Part shown: piece after piece, positions 1-12,035 of the stretch
Numbering within the stretch: the stretch's first letter is position 1
Layout: the number at the start of each line of letters is the position of its first letter
Origin: Adineta vaga
Lineage: Eukaryota > Animalia > Rotifera
NCBI GenBank assembly: GCA_021613535.1
Contig: CP075494.1
Location: 2,418,001-2,482,000 of the forward strand
DNA: 64,000 nt
Reading direction: 5' to 3'
Notes under the pieces: generated by a model
Databases searched by the model: none
What the model was told of the DNA's origin: nothing
What the model saw: the letters and a program-made list of their open reading frames with translations, nothing else
Position numbers and translations under genes: made by a program

Positions 1-2553
1 AACCATTGCAAATATTTCTATAAGTGAAAAACTAAAGAGAACTGTACGAAAGAAAAGTGCTCCGCGGCGAATAATCGGTGATTGATTATTTTGAACAAAA
101 TAAATTTCTTCTGTAAACTGAATATTAATAGTCGTTTCTTTCGAATCATATCGTAAATATTCTCCTCGTTCTGCGAAAAACAATTCATCCGAGAGAATAT
201 CCGTATAAGTTATGAATGGAGCCCATATACCATCGTAATATGTTCTATCGTTGCGTGTCAAAGGCTTTGTTACATTAATAACTTTGATGAGACGTACAAT
301 GAAAACAGTTGCCAATCCAATCGTTTGATTATTCGTATAAAAAAGAGTACATACGTCAAGTTCATGTAATCGATGCAATGCGGAATCTTCCGTTTCGACA
401 TCGGATTTTCCATGTAGACAAAGACGAAGTGCTCCGATGAAATAAGGTCCACTAATACCAATACGAACATTTGATGTATGTGTAGGTAGATCAAAACTAA
501 AGGAACCACTACTACTGTTCAATGATAATGTGCAATTTGTTTCGACTATCGATAAAGGAGTACCTGTATGTCGATTACGTTCAACAATAATATCATTGCA
601 TTGAGCTCGTGTATTTATCAAATGTATCGTCATAGTAAACGGTTGTTTATTGAGCATATTGAATATTTTCCAATAAGTACCATCAATTCCAGGTAAGGGT
701 AATTGAAGTGCATTATCAAATTTCGAATTTCGTCGATTATTATCGCATTCCTTGTGAACAGCTTCGCTTGTCTCAATAGGATATGAAACGAAGAAAAAGA
801 AAGCAAATATCGCACAATATATAATAATAGTAAAAATGACGATCGATGCAAGACCACCAATCCATCGTTCTCCTTCTCCTATGAGATCATTATGCTTGAA
901 AATAACTTTCGCTCGTTGACGATAAATATCGATCGGAGTTGGACGTCGATGTTTAATGAGAAACATAATAGACCACATCATTAAACATAATGCTGTCGCT
1001 ATTACAGTCCAGAACAAAGGTGTAAAAACCAGACAACTGAATTTTATGTTAGTAGGAAAAAAGTTCAATAATAATAAATCATCGTAATCATCGATAGTCG
1101 GTGTATCCGGATAACTAAATGTTTGAATATATGAATTAAATTCAGTTAAATTGACCTCATCACTAGCACCTAACGGACAAAATGCACTCGAATTACAAGA
1201 TTGACATTTAATCGATGGATAATTTCCAGGATTTTTTGTATTCGGTGGACAGATCGTACACGGACCAGGACCGGATGTATTTTTATAAGTTCCACTTACA
1301 CATGGTTTCGGTTGCAAGACATATAGGCTTCGTGAATCGATTGATACGAGTTTCATAGAACAAAATCCAGCATCAGCAGATGGAATATATACAATATCAC
1401 CATTTCGTAATAGAATTAACAAATTATTCGACCGTGTTCGAATCCGACGGAAAGAATGTTTACGCCAAGACTTTGAGCGTTGAATTCCATCCAAAGTTTG
1501 TTGAATATTCGGAATTATAAAACTAGGTATAATTGCACCACGTGCTCGATTACGAACGACATTTTTATATACCTGTATTTCCGATTGCGATGAATTGTGA
1601 CTTGTAGATTTAAGTACGAGTATCGCAAGTGTTTCATCATCATTAAGCCAAATAGCTGACCGACCAAAACCATTCCAAATTTCGGATTCAGTAATCTCAT
1701 GAAATTTCGTAACAAATCGAGCTAATTTATTTCCATCCATATACGCAACTGTTACTTTATTTAATTGAACTTCACCAATAGCTAATGTCGTTCCCGAAGG
1801 ATTAATTGAAAGTGACATATCATAATCTTGATTATAACCGATTCTTTCCGATCCTTGAATATCATTCATACCAATAGAACTGACGTTAATTACACGAAGT
1901 GGTTGAAGTTCGAATATATAAAGACATTGTTTACTTCGTGAATTATTTTGAATTAAGTGAAATCCAGCAACAGCAGCCCAATCATTTTTCAGATCGAATG
2001 CATAAGGAGTAAACGATCCATAATTGTTACCGAAAATAATCGAATTTGTTCTGTTGATTTGAGTGATTCGATCGGTAAACAAATCATAGGAAAGTATAAA
2101 TGAATCAGCAAATATATACGCATATTTTTCTTGTGGATCAACTTTTAGAAACATATGTTCTTGATGATCTTCATTCCATACTGTTGTATGCTGCAATTGT
2201 GGATCTTTAGCGCATGTTATTAAATCCATAGTAACGCGAGAAAGAACAGCAGATTTTGATGTCTTATTTTCGGCAAGTTGGACGAAAGTAACGAGATTAT
2301 TCTGCTTCATTGTCAAGATTGAAAGACCATAGATATTCAATTCAACATATGGATTGTTAATAATACATGACGAGTTTTGAATTATGTTAGATATGGAATA
2401 AAAAATATAAGTTTTTCGAAGATTCGATGCGCCAACAATAAAATGATCGCTAAGTGCAACTTTAAAATCATGAATATCTTCCTTCGATTCATATTTCATC
2501 GCTAACGTACTGCATTTGTATATGAATACTAATAGTAGAAATATAATTTCCAT
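1..2553 (-). CDS. Large multi-pass membrane protein with signal peptide and a GCC2/GCC3 (ephrin-receptor-like) Cys-rich repeat; 3'-truncated by the window edge
   Basis: Manual translation: ATG at 2553-2551 (MEIIFLLLVFIYKCSTLAMKY...) stays open for 851 codons to base 1. Contains CVSGTYKNTSGPGPCTICPPNTKNPGNYPSIKCQSC and hydrophobic segments LVFTPLFWTVIATALCLMMWSIMFLI and WIGGLASIVIFTIIIYCAIFAFFFFV, with a third starting at the edge. Absent from the ORF track, probably because there is no stop in the window. Confidence 0.85.
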   Translation of the reverse strand, partial: MEIIFLLLVFIYKCSTLAMKYESKEDIHDFKVALSDHFIVGASNLRKTYIFYSISNIIQNSSCIINNPYVELNIYGLSILTMKQNNLVTFVQLAENKTSKSAVLSRVTMDLITCAKDPQLQHTTVWNEDHQEHMFLKVDPQEKYAYIFADSFILSYDLFTDRITQINRTNSIIFGNNYGSFTPYAFDLKNDWAAVAGFHLIQNNSRSKQCLYIFELQPLRVINVSSIGMNDIQGSERIGYNQDYDMSLSINPSGTTLAIGEVQLNKVTVAYMDGNKLARFVTKFHEITESEIWNGFGRSAIWLNDDETLAILVLKSTSHNSSQSEIQVYKNVVRNRARGAIIPSFIIPNIQQTLDGIQRSKSWRKHSFRRIRTRSNNLLILLRNGDIVYIPSADAGFCSMKLVSIDSRSLYVLQPKPCVSGTYKNTSGPGPCTICPPNTKNPGNYPSIKCQSCNSSAFCPLGASDEVNLTEFNSYIQTFSYPDTPTIDDYDDLLLLNFFPTNIKFSCLVFTPLFWTVIATALCLMMWSIMFLIKHRRPTPIDIYRQRAKVIFKHNDLIGEGERWIGGLASIVIFTIIIYCAIFAFFFFVSYPIETSEAVHKECDNNRRNSKFDNALQLPLPGIDGTYWKIFNMLNKQPFTMTIHLINTRAQCNDIIVERNRHTGTPLSIVETNCTLSLNSSSGSFSFDLPTHTSNVRIGISGPYFIGALRLCLHGKSDVETEDSALHRLHELDVCTLFYTNNQTIGLATVFIVRLIKVINVTKPLTRNDRTYYDGIWAPFITYTDILSDELFFAERGEYLRYDSKETTINIQFTEEIYFVQNNQSPIIRRGALFFRTVLFSFSLIEIFAMV

Positions 2554-3357
2554 CTAGAATCAAAAGAAAATGTAATTTTTATCGAATGTATGACGAAACA
2601 TACGTATTTTTCCATCTCTCATAAAGAATAACTATTTTACCGATTAGATTATATTTTTTTTGCAAATAATCTATAGAATAAATAAAGAGAATGTATGCAA
2701 AATGTCTTTCCTTGAATGACAACAACAGATTATGTTAATATCTTATTTGACTTAGTGATATATTGATAGATGATGGCTGTTTCTTTGGAAAAAAATCAGA
2801 AAAGAGAACAAATGACAGCTAATAAAGATAAAGTTATGTCTTTAGAAAGAAAACAGAAACGATATAAATCGTTTTTTTCTCTCTCTATAACCATTATAAT
2901 ATTTGATACTTTCATCTTGAGAGTGTAGATGATGATATATTATTTATTCGTAATTATTCACATCCACATTCTGCTTTATCACAGTTTTTCTTAAATAATT
3001 TGCGAATCATTGTTTATGATAACTAACTATTGTGTTGAAGATGTGGATACATGAATATAACTGAGTGTGATATATAGACAATTATGTACAAAAACATTCA
3101 CTTTCGTCTTGTCTCAGGTATATCACCATAACTGTAACTACATTTGTTCGACGTTTGTTAGCAAGATCTACACGCATCCAAAATCGAGGAGAAAAACGTT
3201 CGTGATAGCGTAAAAGTCTTTTTATTTGAGAGCGAGAGTACGTACAATAAACAATAATGGAAATTCGGGTTTTTTGGGAATATTAAAATAAAAAATTACA
3301 AATACTTTATATAAAAAATGCTTAAATAATGAACAAGTTCGAAAAATTCTGGAGCTT

Positions 3358-3537
3358 CTACTTCTTATGTTTGCCATGTCCATGTCCATGTCCGTGACCC
3401 TTTCCATGACTGCCTTCACTTCCACCGCTTCCACGACGCTGACCAGGTGGACCACCATGAGGATGATCATTTCTTTTTGTACCACTACTTGAATCTTGAC
3501 CACAGCAACTTCTCATTTTCGCAGCACAGCTTCCCAT
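3358..3537 (-). CDS. 59-aa His/Gly-rich micropeptide with predicted N-myristoylation/S-palmitoylation
   Basis: ATG at 3537 in AAAATGG context; MGSCAAKMRSCCGQDSSSGTKRNDHPHGGPPGQRRGSGGSEGSHGKGHGHGHGHGKHKK*. GC-rich coding-like island in AT-rich flanks. Corresponds to the 3' part of track ORF 3358..3681. Confidence 0.7.
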   Translation of the reverse strand: MGSCAAKMRSCCGQDSSSGTKRNDHPHGGPPGQRRGSGGSEGSHGKGHGHGHGHGKHKK

Positions 3538-4976
3538 TTTTGACTTAAGTTTAATCAATCTATAATCAAACAAAAAAATGCGTAACTTGTCAATGAAATG
3601 GCTAAGAAATAAATAATGTGTAGTAGTGGAAAGTGGCGAAGTTGTATTTATAGAGAAAAGGAATTTTTCAAAACACATCATGTAGCAAAGTATAGAACAA
3701 CTTTTCTTTGCTTCTATGTATGAAGGGTGGAGTAGTGAGGCAGAAAGTTCATTTTATTAACAGAACGACTAAATTCGTTCTTTTCTTCGTTAATAATTGT
3801 ACTTTTAAATGTCCATATCGCGCAGGTAACAGAAAAACATTTTCTTTTCTCTCTATGTTTCACATCAAACAAAATAACAACAACTTTACGAGAGATTGTT
3901 GTAACTATTTTCAAGATTTGACGACGTGTGACAGTGCAAGATTGTTACTTATAGTAACAACGAACTGGATTGAGAATATGAATGAAAAATAGGTGAAAAC
4001 GTTTGCTCTCGATTTCTTGAATGTATTTATCAATCTTTCAATAATGAAATATTTATCAATGAAGACAAATCAATACAATATTTTTTGTATTCGAATTCCA
4101 CTATTATGTTTCACTCCGTCACTAATTCATTGATTGTGAATCATATAAACTCGAACAATGTGCAATTTTGAATACTGAAAAATAGATCAGAACGAACAAT
4201 GCACATCATTAAGACAAAAATGAAATTGGAATTTAAGCATATTCAGAATAACAAAGCGGTAAAATATTAGCTGTTATATTAATGAAACGAAATTCGTACC
4301 GATAGGATTTTTCACACCCTATAGTGAAAATAAGAAAAGTATTCGCTTCGATTCTATCTGATACTATTAAATGTAAATTCAGGTATAAAAAAATTAAAAA
4401 TATATTCATAGATAATTGAGAAGCATTTCTCTGTTCTCTAATCATGTTAAAATGATAAGGTAAAAGATAAAAGTATTTTCACATATTTTTTTCCTTTACT
4501 GTATGCTCCATTACATTATTTTATCTTCGGTTTGCAATTATTCTAATTGAACTTTGAGAAATAAACTTCAAAAACTCGAATATCTTAGTATTAATAAGGC
4601 AATATTAAAGTAGGTTTTTCTTTAAGGTACAATTATGTTTGTTCATCTCAAGTGCACTAAAGAATAGCATTTTCTTTTATTCTTGATCATTCGATCAAAC
4701 TCTCTCGTAAATGAACTAACACAGGTAAATTTAATATAGGAATGGATAACATAATATAGTTTCAATATCTTATAAAAAGAGAGAAGAAGATGAACGTGTG
4801 ACATCATATTCTTCGTTAATTAAGATCATAAAAAATAGAATTAATTTTATCTGAAGAACATTGTAGAAATATTTACCTTGTTTTATCATTTTATTAATAT
4901 CAAGAAATTTTCAACAAATTAAATTATATTAATAGATAGATTATCTTCTCGCAAATTTTAACATAATTCGATTACA

Positions 4977-5978
4977 ATGTCTTCGAGTTCAACAGAAGCA
5001 TCTCTAATTGCAACTTTAGTTGCGATTACTACACAAATCAATCGTTATCTACCAATCGGTATTTTTTTCTTTGGTATAATTGGTAATCTTCTCAATTGTT
5101 TGACTCTTTCTCAACGAACACTTCTTTCTAATCCTTGTGCTTTATTATTTCTTGCATCATCTATTGCCAGTCTAATTACATTGATCGCTGGTGTTGGTGT
5201 TCGGTTCTTAACTGGATGGTCTGCTGATCTAACTGAAACGAATGATATTGTCTGCCAAATTCGTTTCTTCTTTTTATCTACCTCGAGAACTGTTGCATTC
5301 TGGTTGATTGTATTAGCTGTAATGGATCGATGGCTTTTATCGTCAATTAATGTTCATCGTCGACAATTGAGTACATTGAAAAATGCTCAACGAGGCATTA
5401 TTTTCATCATCATTCTCTCAAGTTTAGCATATGTTCAATACTTTTATTGTTTTGTAGCAATTCCTAAAGATATTTCATACACATGTTATGGCAGATCGAT
5501 ATTATGTCGATTAATTCACAATCTAGAATTTGCTTTGATTACCGTTCTTATTCCTTCTTTATTAACGATTATTTTTGGATTAATGACCATTTATAATGTT
5601 CATAAATCTGCTTTACGTCGAGTTCAGCCAAGTATCGCAATATCATCAATACAAAGAAATGTTGCCAACGGAAGATCAGCACGAATGAAGAAAATCGACC
5701 GTCAACTTCTTATCATGCTTTGTGTACAAACTACACTCGTAATTCTTTTTTCATTTCCTCAAGCTTCTCACAGTCTTTACATGATTATTACTCAACACGA
5801 TATTAAATCTCCACTTACGAATGCCATTAGTACTTTACTTCTCAATTTATTCATATTGTTTACTTATATGACCAATGGAATGCCATTTTATGTGTATACA
5901 TTAAGTGGTGGAACGATTTATCGTAAAGCACTTTTTCATAGACTACAAGAATTCTCTCAAATCATCCGTTGTCGATGA
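4977..5978 (+). CDS. Orphan class A (rhodopsin-like) GPCR, single exon
   Basis: 333 aa, 7 hydrophobic segments, GN in TM1, DRW at the DRY position, MPFYVY in TM7; clear paralogue of 49614..50630. Confidence 0.92.
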   Translation: MSSSSTEASLIATLVAITTQINRYLPIGIFFFGIIGNLLNCLTLSQRTLLSNPCALLFLASSIASLITLIAGVGVRFLTGWSADLTETNDIVCQIRFFFLSTSRTVAFWLIVLAVMDRWLLSSINVHRRQLSTLKNAQRGIIFIIILSSLAYVQYFYCFVAIPKDISYTCYGRSILCRLIHNLEFALITVLIPSLLTIIFGLMTIYNVHKSALRRVQPSIAISSIQRNVANGRSARMKKIDRQLLIMLCVQTTLVILFSFPQASHSLYMIITQHDIKSPLTNAISTLLLNLFILFTYMTNGMPFYVYTLSGGTIYRKALFHRLQEFSQIIRCR

Positions 5979-6519
5979 AGTTTTGTCTTCTAATTAGAAA
6001 AAAACTCGTTGAAAAGAATCTTGGGAATATGGGTACTGTTTCTTCATCCTTAAAATGGTATTTATCAGCAATCAGATTAACTCAATTTTACAATTAGAAA
6101 GATCAATAGTGAAAAAGTTTCAATGTAGATTGTATTTTAATTTTATGTTTTTATTTCAAAAAAACATCTTGAGGGTGTGTGTGTTTAAATCTAAAAAAGA
6201 TAGACATTCTAATCCTCATTTGATGTTATTTGTTTCAAGGATATCATTTTCTATCGAAGAGTTCTCTATGATTCAGCCGACGATGAAATATGCTCATGAT
6301 ATCCATTCTATGCCGACCAAAAATGAAATAGCCAATAATGACCTTATGCTATGACCTTTCTCTTGCAAGATCTTTCTTTCTTTTTTTCTTTCGTCGGTTG
6401 TCGAATGATTCCAAACATAATAGCTGTTCATCCTTTTCAACCAATTCATCAGTAGAGATTACGTATATATATATACCCTCATATACGTGTGTGATTGCCA
6501 TATCAACCGATTAAAACAA

Positions 6520-7072
6520 ATGAATCGATTACCCGTTGAATTGTTCAGACACATCTTTTATTACATTGATCAATTGCCAGATCTGATTCGAGCCTCGCTT
6601 GTTTGTCATTATTGGCGATCGCATGTTATGGATGATGAAGATTTTCTTTAACAAATGGTTTCATCGATCATTGAAGTTCTCTCAACAATCACCACGTAAC
6701 AATCCAAGAACTAGCAATGGTGGCCATCGGCAAGGATTAACACAAGACTTCAATCGATCTCTATTTCCTCCAAATTTACAATCAAGTGAATGCCATTTTC
6801 TGCAAGTGATTGATCCGTTTTATGTTGCTGGTAATCAATATTTCTTCGAACAAAACTATCCATCATCACTTTTTCGTGGATATTATTCATTCTCATTTTG
6901 GATTTTCTTGCCTTGTCAATGTGAATTAGCTGTACAAGTTGGCATGGATTGTGTTCTAGACTTGCATAGCTGTAGTCATGCTGATCAACAATGGAGATTC
7001 GTCAGCGATGCGAAAACATTGGTCGATGATCAATGGATACATATTGTTACTGATATGATCATAGAAAAATAA
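6520..7072 (+). pseudogene. F-box protein with a putative ConA/LamG-like C-terminal part; frameshifted
   Basis: ATG at 6520 gives MNRLPVELFRHIFYYIDQLPDLIRASLVCHYWRSHVMDDEDFL* (F-box pattern LP.E....IF......L....VC..W). A one-base shift near 6645 joins it to track ORF 6599..7072 with YSFSFWIFLP and QWIHIV (LamG-like strands). Confidence 0.6.
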
Positions 7073-7599
7073 ATATAGAAAATCTCTAAATTGCCTTAAA
7101 AAGAAGACTGTTCATGATTTTGTAAACTTGAGGATTGGTGTAAGTACAGTTACTTCTTCGTTTATATAAAACAAAAATCGATAATAAAAAGAAAAACTGA
7201 TTGATGAGCAAATATGCCACTTAACCATACCCACACCCTCATTTTCTTTTTACTTCTACGGCATTAGTTTTACCAAAAGATCAAGATTAAGAATACTTTA
7301 TTGAACAAATTGTCCATAGAAATTACAATCATAAAAAGAAACATTTCTACAATCAAATAACCATTGTTCTTTGGCTAGATTATACTCGAGGAAGAGAAAT
7401 TAAAATTTGTACGACAATAAAAGAAAGCAACAACGAAGAAGAAACATAGTATAATGAATGTGTTAGTCATGACTGTTGTTATTGGTTTAGTTGATTTTAA
7501 TTTCTACGTCATGGATGAATACAGCTGCTAAATGCTACTTGGTCTAAAGAGAAGCTATATTAGAGTGAGTAATAAATTTGATTTTTATTATCTTTTGAT

Positions 7600-7778
7600 G
7601 GCATTCCCGCTGTAAGCGAGGTCTGACTTGGAAACTATATCAGCTATGCCTGATTAGGCGTGATTGGGTTTCACCCTCAGAGAGCGGGTTTGTGATGGGT
7701 TTCTTTTCACAAGACCGGGATCGGGATCGTCACAGAAGAAGCTGATCCCACCAGGTTCTAGCGAAAGTTCTTCTGACC
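7600..7778. other. GC-rich, multi-hairpin island; candidate structured RNA or TE-derived structure
   Basis: Pairings visible: CCCGCT 7606-7611/AGCGGG 7683-7688; ATGCCT 7646-7651/AGGCGT 7656-7661; GGGT 7666-7669/ACCC 7673-7676; GGTTTGTGA 7687-7695/TCACAAGACC 7707-7716; GGGATC 7723-7728/GATCCC 7744-7749; CAGAAGAA 7733-7740/TTCTTCTG 7768-7775. Confidence 0.3.
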
Positions 7779-10700
7779 CACCCACACACCCATTTAAGAG
7801 TGCCTCTGTATTCGAAAATGATTTTTCCTCTAAAACATGCATGTCATTCCGTCGATGCATCATAGCTATCTTCATCCACATATATTTTATCCAAGTTGCG
7901 CAGTCTTTACCTTTTTTTTTCTTATCACTAAACGAAGTTAGAAAAAACATAAAACTGAGTCATTATTCGGTGAAATAATGTAATAAGCTTAGTAAGATAT
8001 ACAATATTCAAGGGAAAAATTCAAACGACTTCATGATCAAGAAACATGTAAAGATAAGAAAAGAGTTCTCCTTTCTCTTTAAAACCTAAAAAGTCAATAG
8101 AAAATTTATTATCAATGGTATGCAAACTTTATGAGTTTTCGAATTCTTCCGAATCTTTCGACGAACTCTGATCTCAAGGATAAACGAAGATAAATTTCAA
8201 CGATACCAAAGAAATCAAGAATACAAAAAACTCAAACAAACTCGATAGACTAAATCAGGGTAAGGTTCTCAACGAATATGAAAGTACAGATACATTTAGA
8301 TCCAGTGCGGACGTTAAAAGGAAATTAGGATATAATGGTGAAAATGCTCGGACCATCTTTTTGACCACGACACCCTAATAGGATTTAATTATTTAAGCTG
8401 ACTTGAATATGGTGGCCGAACTATTGGATTAGTTATGGGAAACGACCTTCCTTTAGATGGAAATCCTGATTCTGCCTCTACTTTAGGCTCTAATATTCTT
8501 ACTACCAGTGTTTTATCTAGCGTCATCGCTGGGCATCCAAAAAGCAAAGTCTACACCAAACATTAGATTATTGATATTTTTTCCTCACTAGCATAATCGA
8601 TTTAAAAGTTATCTCTTTTTACCTAATTTAGAATATCGACGACCGCCAGATGTTCCATTTGCACGCTCTTTGGTTTGACCAAGTCGTTTCAAAGGCAATG
8701 TATGATTATTGCGGTAAAGCACTACAAAACGAAGTCTTGCCATCGACATATTATACATTGAATAAGATGCGAAATGATTATCTAAACGGAAAGAATTTAT
8801 TAGAATGACCAATAAGCGTTTAAACTATGGTTTTATCAAAAACGAAAGGGTTTATATTGTTAATATTACCATTTTGAGTTGCTTCTGTACGATTATTATT
8901 TGTTTGCGCATGTTCAGTTGGCAAATCTAAAGACAATATTTGAAATATCAATGCTTGAAGTATTATAGTGCAAAATCAAGCAAACGCAGTGGATATTCTT
9001 TGCAGGTTTTGAATGGTTTATTTCGGTATTTCTGATTTTCAGGATGAAAATATGAACTTATATTGAGATTAAAATAATTTCTGGATCATTATTCAAACAA
9101 ACAACAGGGAAATATACCGAAGAATTTTTATCAATCTTGGTAAGAATGAAGATTCTCACGATTATAATTATGATTAAATTTATTTAGAATACAACAAACA
9201 TATATTTGACAAATTTCGTGATATTGCTGGTGATGATTTCAATACAAAAACAACGTCAATTATTATAAGAAAAGAATTATTTTGTAATAGATATTATCGT
9301 TACAAACACTTTGTATGCTAATACATCGGTAAATTCATTTTAGAAAAACAATTTTGCCAACAAAATTTAACGGGTATTTGATTTTTCATGATTTTCAAAT
9401 ACATTATATGGTTATATTTTCTTTTTAGATCAATCTTACATATAAACGACGAATGTAAAACGATGCAATAGCTACTTTTACAAGATATATGATACATACT
9501 TGGATGCCCAGCTGGACGAAGAAGATTATCATTACCCGATTCTTGCTGTAAATATACAAATTAGAAATATTTAGAGACAAAACAAAGACGAAATGGAATT
9601 CTGAATATTTTACTTGTCCTTCGAGTTCATTTTGTGAATCAAGATCTTCGTTCACTTCGATGCTCTTGTCATAAAATAAATCCTTTATAAATATACAAAC
9701 AGATGTATGAAAAAAACGATCAAACAAATACAAAAGTCAAATATCTTGGTATCTTACATGATCTGATAAATTATCCATTTTGTGATTTTTTTTCTAGAAA
9801 TCTACATTAATTGAAGAGAAACTTAAAATATTTTCATATAATTCAAGAATTATTATTAACATGTATACTGCTGGACTACTACTTCAAATTGTTAATCTCT
9901 CTGTCCATTTCTTATAAGAAACACAATATACACTTGTTCTGTAGCTATTACTTCCGACCACGTTGGTTACAATATAACCTTTGCACTTTTTTCTGAAAAA
10001 TGAAAGCACGAACAAGTACTATCTCTTGGACAAATTGTTAGATATTTAAAAACTAAAGAATTAACGATTTGAATGAAGATCTTCCAATAATCTGATAATT
10101 GATATATTATCTACCCAATAAATTGTGGGAGTCGTTTTGATCTAAGATTATGGCGCCATCTGTTCAACAGTAAAATGATCTTCTTTCTTTTATAATTACA
10201 TTCAGATACAATTTATTTTTCATAAAATCAATATAATACCAACAAGCTGGAGAATGTCGTTGTGGGTATTCTTTTCATTTAACATCCATCTCTCGTGCCG
10301 CAAATACATGTATAAATATTGAAGTCTCATCACCAAAATCTTCTTCGAAAGACTGTGCTGTTAATACTAGTCAGTTAAGAAAAGATTTACCAATATAACC
10401 TCGCGTAACAGTTTATCCTACAGATAGTGAAAATAGGTCATTTCAAGTAACATAGTAAACAACAATCCAAAGAGAAACTGTCATAACTCATGGTTTCTAT
10501 AATCATAGATGTGTTCTGACAAGCATCAAACGAGGATGTGGTATATTTATACGTCAATCGCACCCTCACCCACCCCACCCTCAAGATGATTTAATTACTG
10601 GGTAACGAGATCGTTATTCAATAGAGTAAGCGCCCCGTAAGGTACTCGTATTCAAACTGCTACTGTACAACATCCATCAGAAGATGATTATGAATAATTA

Positions 10701-11348
10701 TATAATAACTTTCCTTCGACATTCGTTTGTCCAGCGGCACATATCATCTCTACTGACATGAATGGACGTAAAGGTATCTAGGAAATATTCTATATTGATA
10801 ATACTCTAAGATAGCTACAGTTATCATTAATTTCATTTTCTTTTTTTTTGTTATAGATTAAGATGACACGTATGCATATAATAAAAGGTTTAATATCTTG
10901 ATCAATGATAAAAGTATGAATGTGTGAGCGAATACATAGTTCATTTTTAAGCAGGAATTTTCTTTCTGGTATGTTCATTAGCATATGCGACTCGTTCTTG
11001 ATATCCGTGACGTTTCACCTGTGTCATCGTACGTGTTACACGTGTATTGTGTACTTTTGAAGGATAGAGTGATGATCTAAAAGACATAAGTTATATTCAA
11101 CTAATTTATCAATAAAGGAAAAATTTACTTGAAAGTAAATGTTCTAGTGATTTGCCGTTTTTGACGTTGTTCTTCATCAGAATCGTCGGATGGAGCAATG
11201 TGAAGTGCATTTCTGAAATTTCCAAAATTCACATAGTCTGATTTGAGACAATTATTGATGATAAAAATTTTACTTTTTGGAGAGTTCTACTCTCGTTGTT
11301 TTCTCCCGGTATAAGTCTTGATCCGACTGCATGTGATGAACGTAATGC

Positions 11349-12035
11349 TCATCGTCGAAAAGGAGATCGTTGAAAGTTGAGATTGCCGAAACTTGTCCTG
11401 AGACAAAAATCACCGAAAAAATAAAAGTGTCTCCAATATGTACATCGTCTATTTGACTTTTGATGAGGCGCATACTTACCCTTATAATTACTGACGACAG
11501 TAACAAATTTATCCACATCGATTTTTTCTGTTGAGATACGAATATCTGGATGATTGTTTTGTTCTTGTTCTTTTCTTTTAATTTCGTGTAATTGTTGTTT
11601 CATTGATTGCAATTGTCTATGTGCAATATTGCCTGAACTCAATAATTTTTCTAACTTTCGACGTATTCTACTGAGAGAATCGAGATTTTGTCTGTTTTGT
11701 TCTATGGCATCCTTTTTATGTTTTTCCAAACTAACTGTAATCTGTTGTAATGCTCGATCATAAACATCGTCAATATGACGGACACAGTCGCTACGCCACT
11801 GATTAAGTTCATGACGTGCATCTGATAAGCAATTGAGAGTAAAGATCGCTTGATCCATGTCACATCGTTGAAGTCGGCTACATGTTATGTTCACATGCTT
11901 AATCATTGGTAAAAGTTGTTCTTGTAACCACTCTTTATGCTCCATAAAATGATGATGACATAACTCTTCTGAGCAATGGGCACAAAATCCTTCTGCTCGA
12001 TTTTTACAGGACTGTATCCAACATTGTTTCGCCAT
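11349..12035 (-). CDS. B-box-like Zn finger plus coiled-coil protein
   Basis: From ATG 12035: MAKQCWIQSCKNRAEGFCAHCSEELCHHHFMEH (Cys/His zinc-ligand spacing) followed by a long helical, coiled-coil-like stretch; 228 aa as a single exon, 3' splicing not excluded. Confidence 0.75.
   Translation of the reverse strand: MAKQCWIQSCKNRAEGFCAHCSEELCHHHFMEHKEWLQEQLLPMIKHVNITCSRLQRCDMDQAIFTLNCLSDARHELNQWRSDCVRHIDDVYDRALQQITVSLEKHKKDAIEQNRQNLDSLSRIRRKLEKLLSSGNIAHRQLQSMKQQLHEIKRKEQEQNNHPDIRISTEKIDVDKFVTVVSNYKGKYAPHQKSNRRCTYWRHFYFFGDFCLRTSFGNLNFQRSPFRR

Noticed and set aside
270-1715. Short track ORFs 270..509, 630..860, 1515..1715, and similar short ORFs overlapping the larger genes elsewhere
   Set aside because: Alternate-frame or antisense shadows of longer genuine coding sequences.
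7600-7665. Twister-like motif on the minus strand (GCCTAA...TTCCAAG)
   Set aside because: No closing P1 strand or pseudoknot partners found.
8325-8380. TIR-like end (...CTTTTTGACCACGACACCCTA)
   Set aside because: No matching opposite terminus or TSD found; at most a fragment.
8400-10520. Coding-like fragments (e.g. QAGECRCGYSFHLTS near 10243)
   Set aside because: Short, stop-ridden and not assignable to a family.
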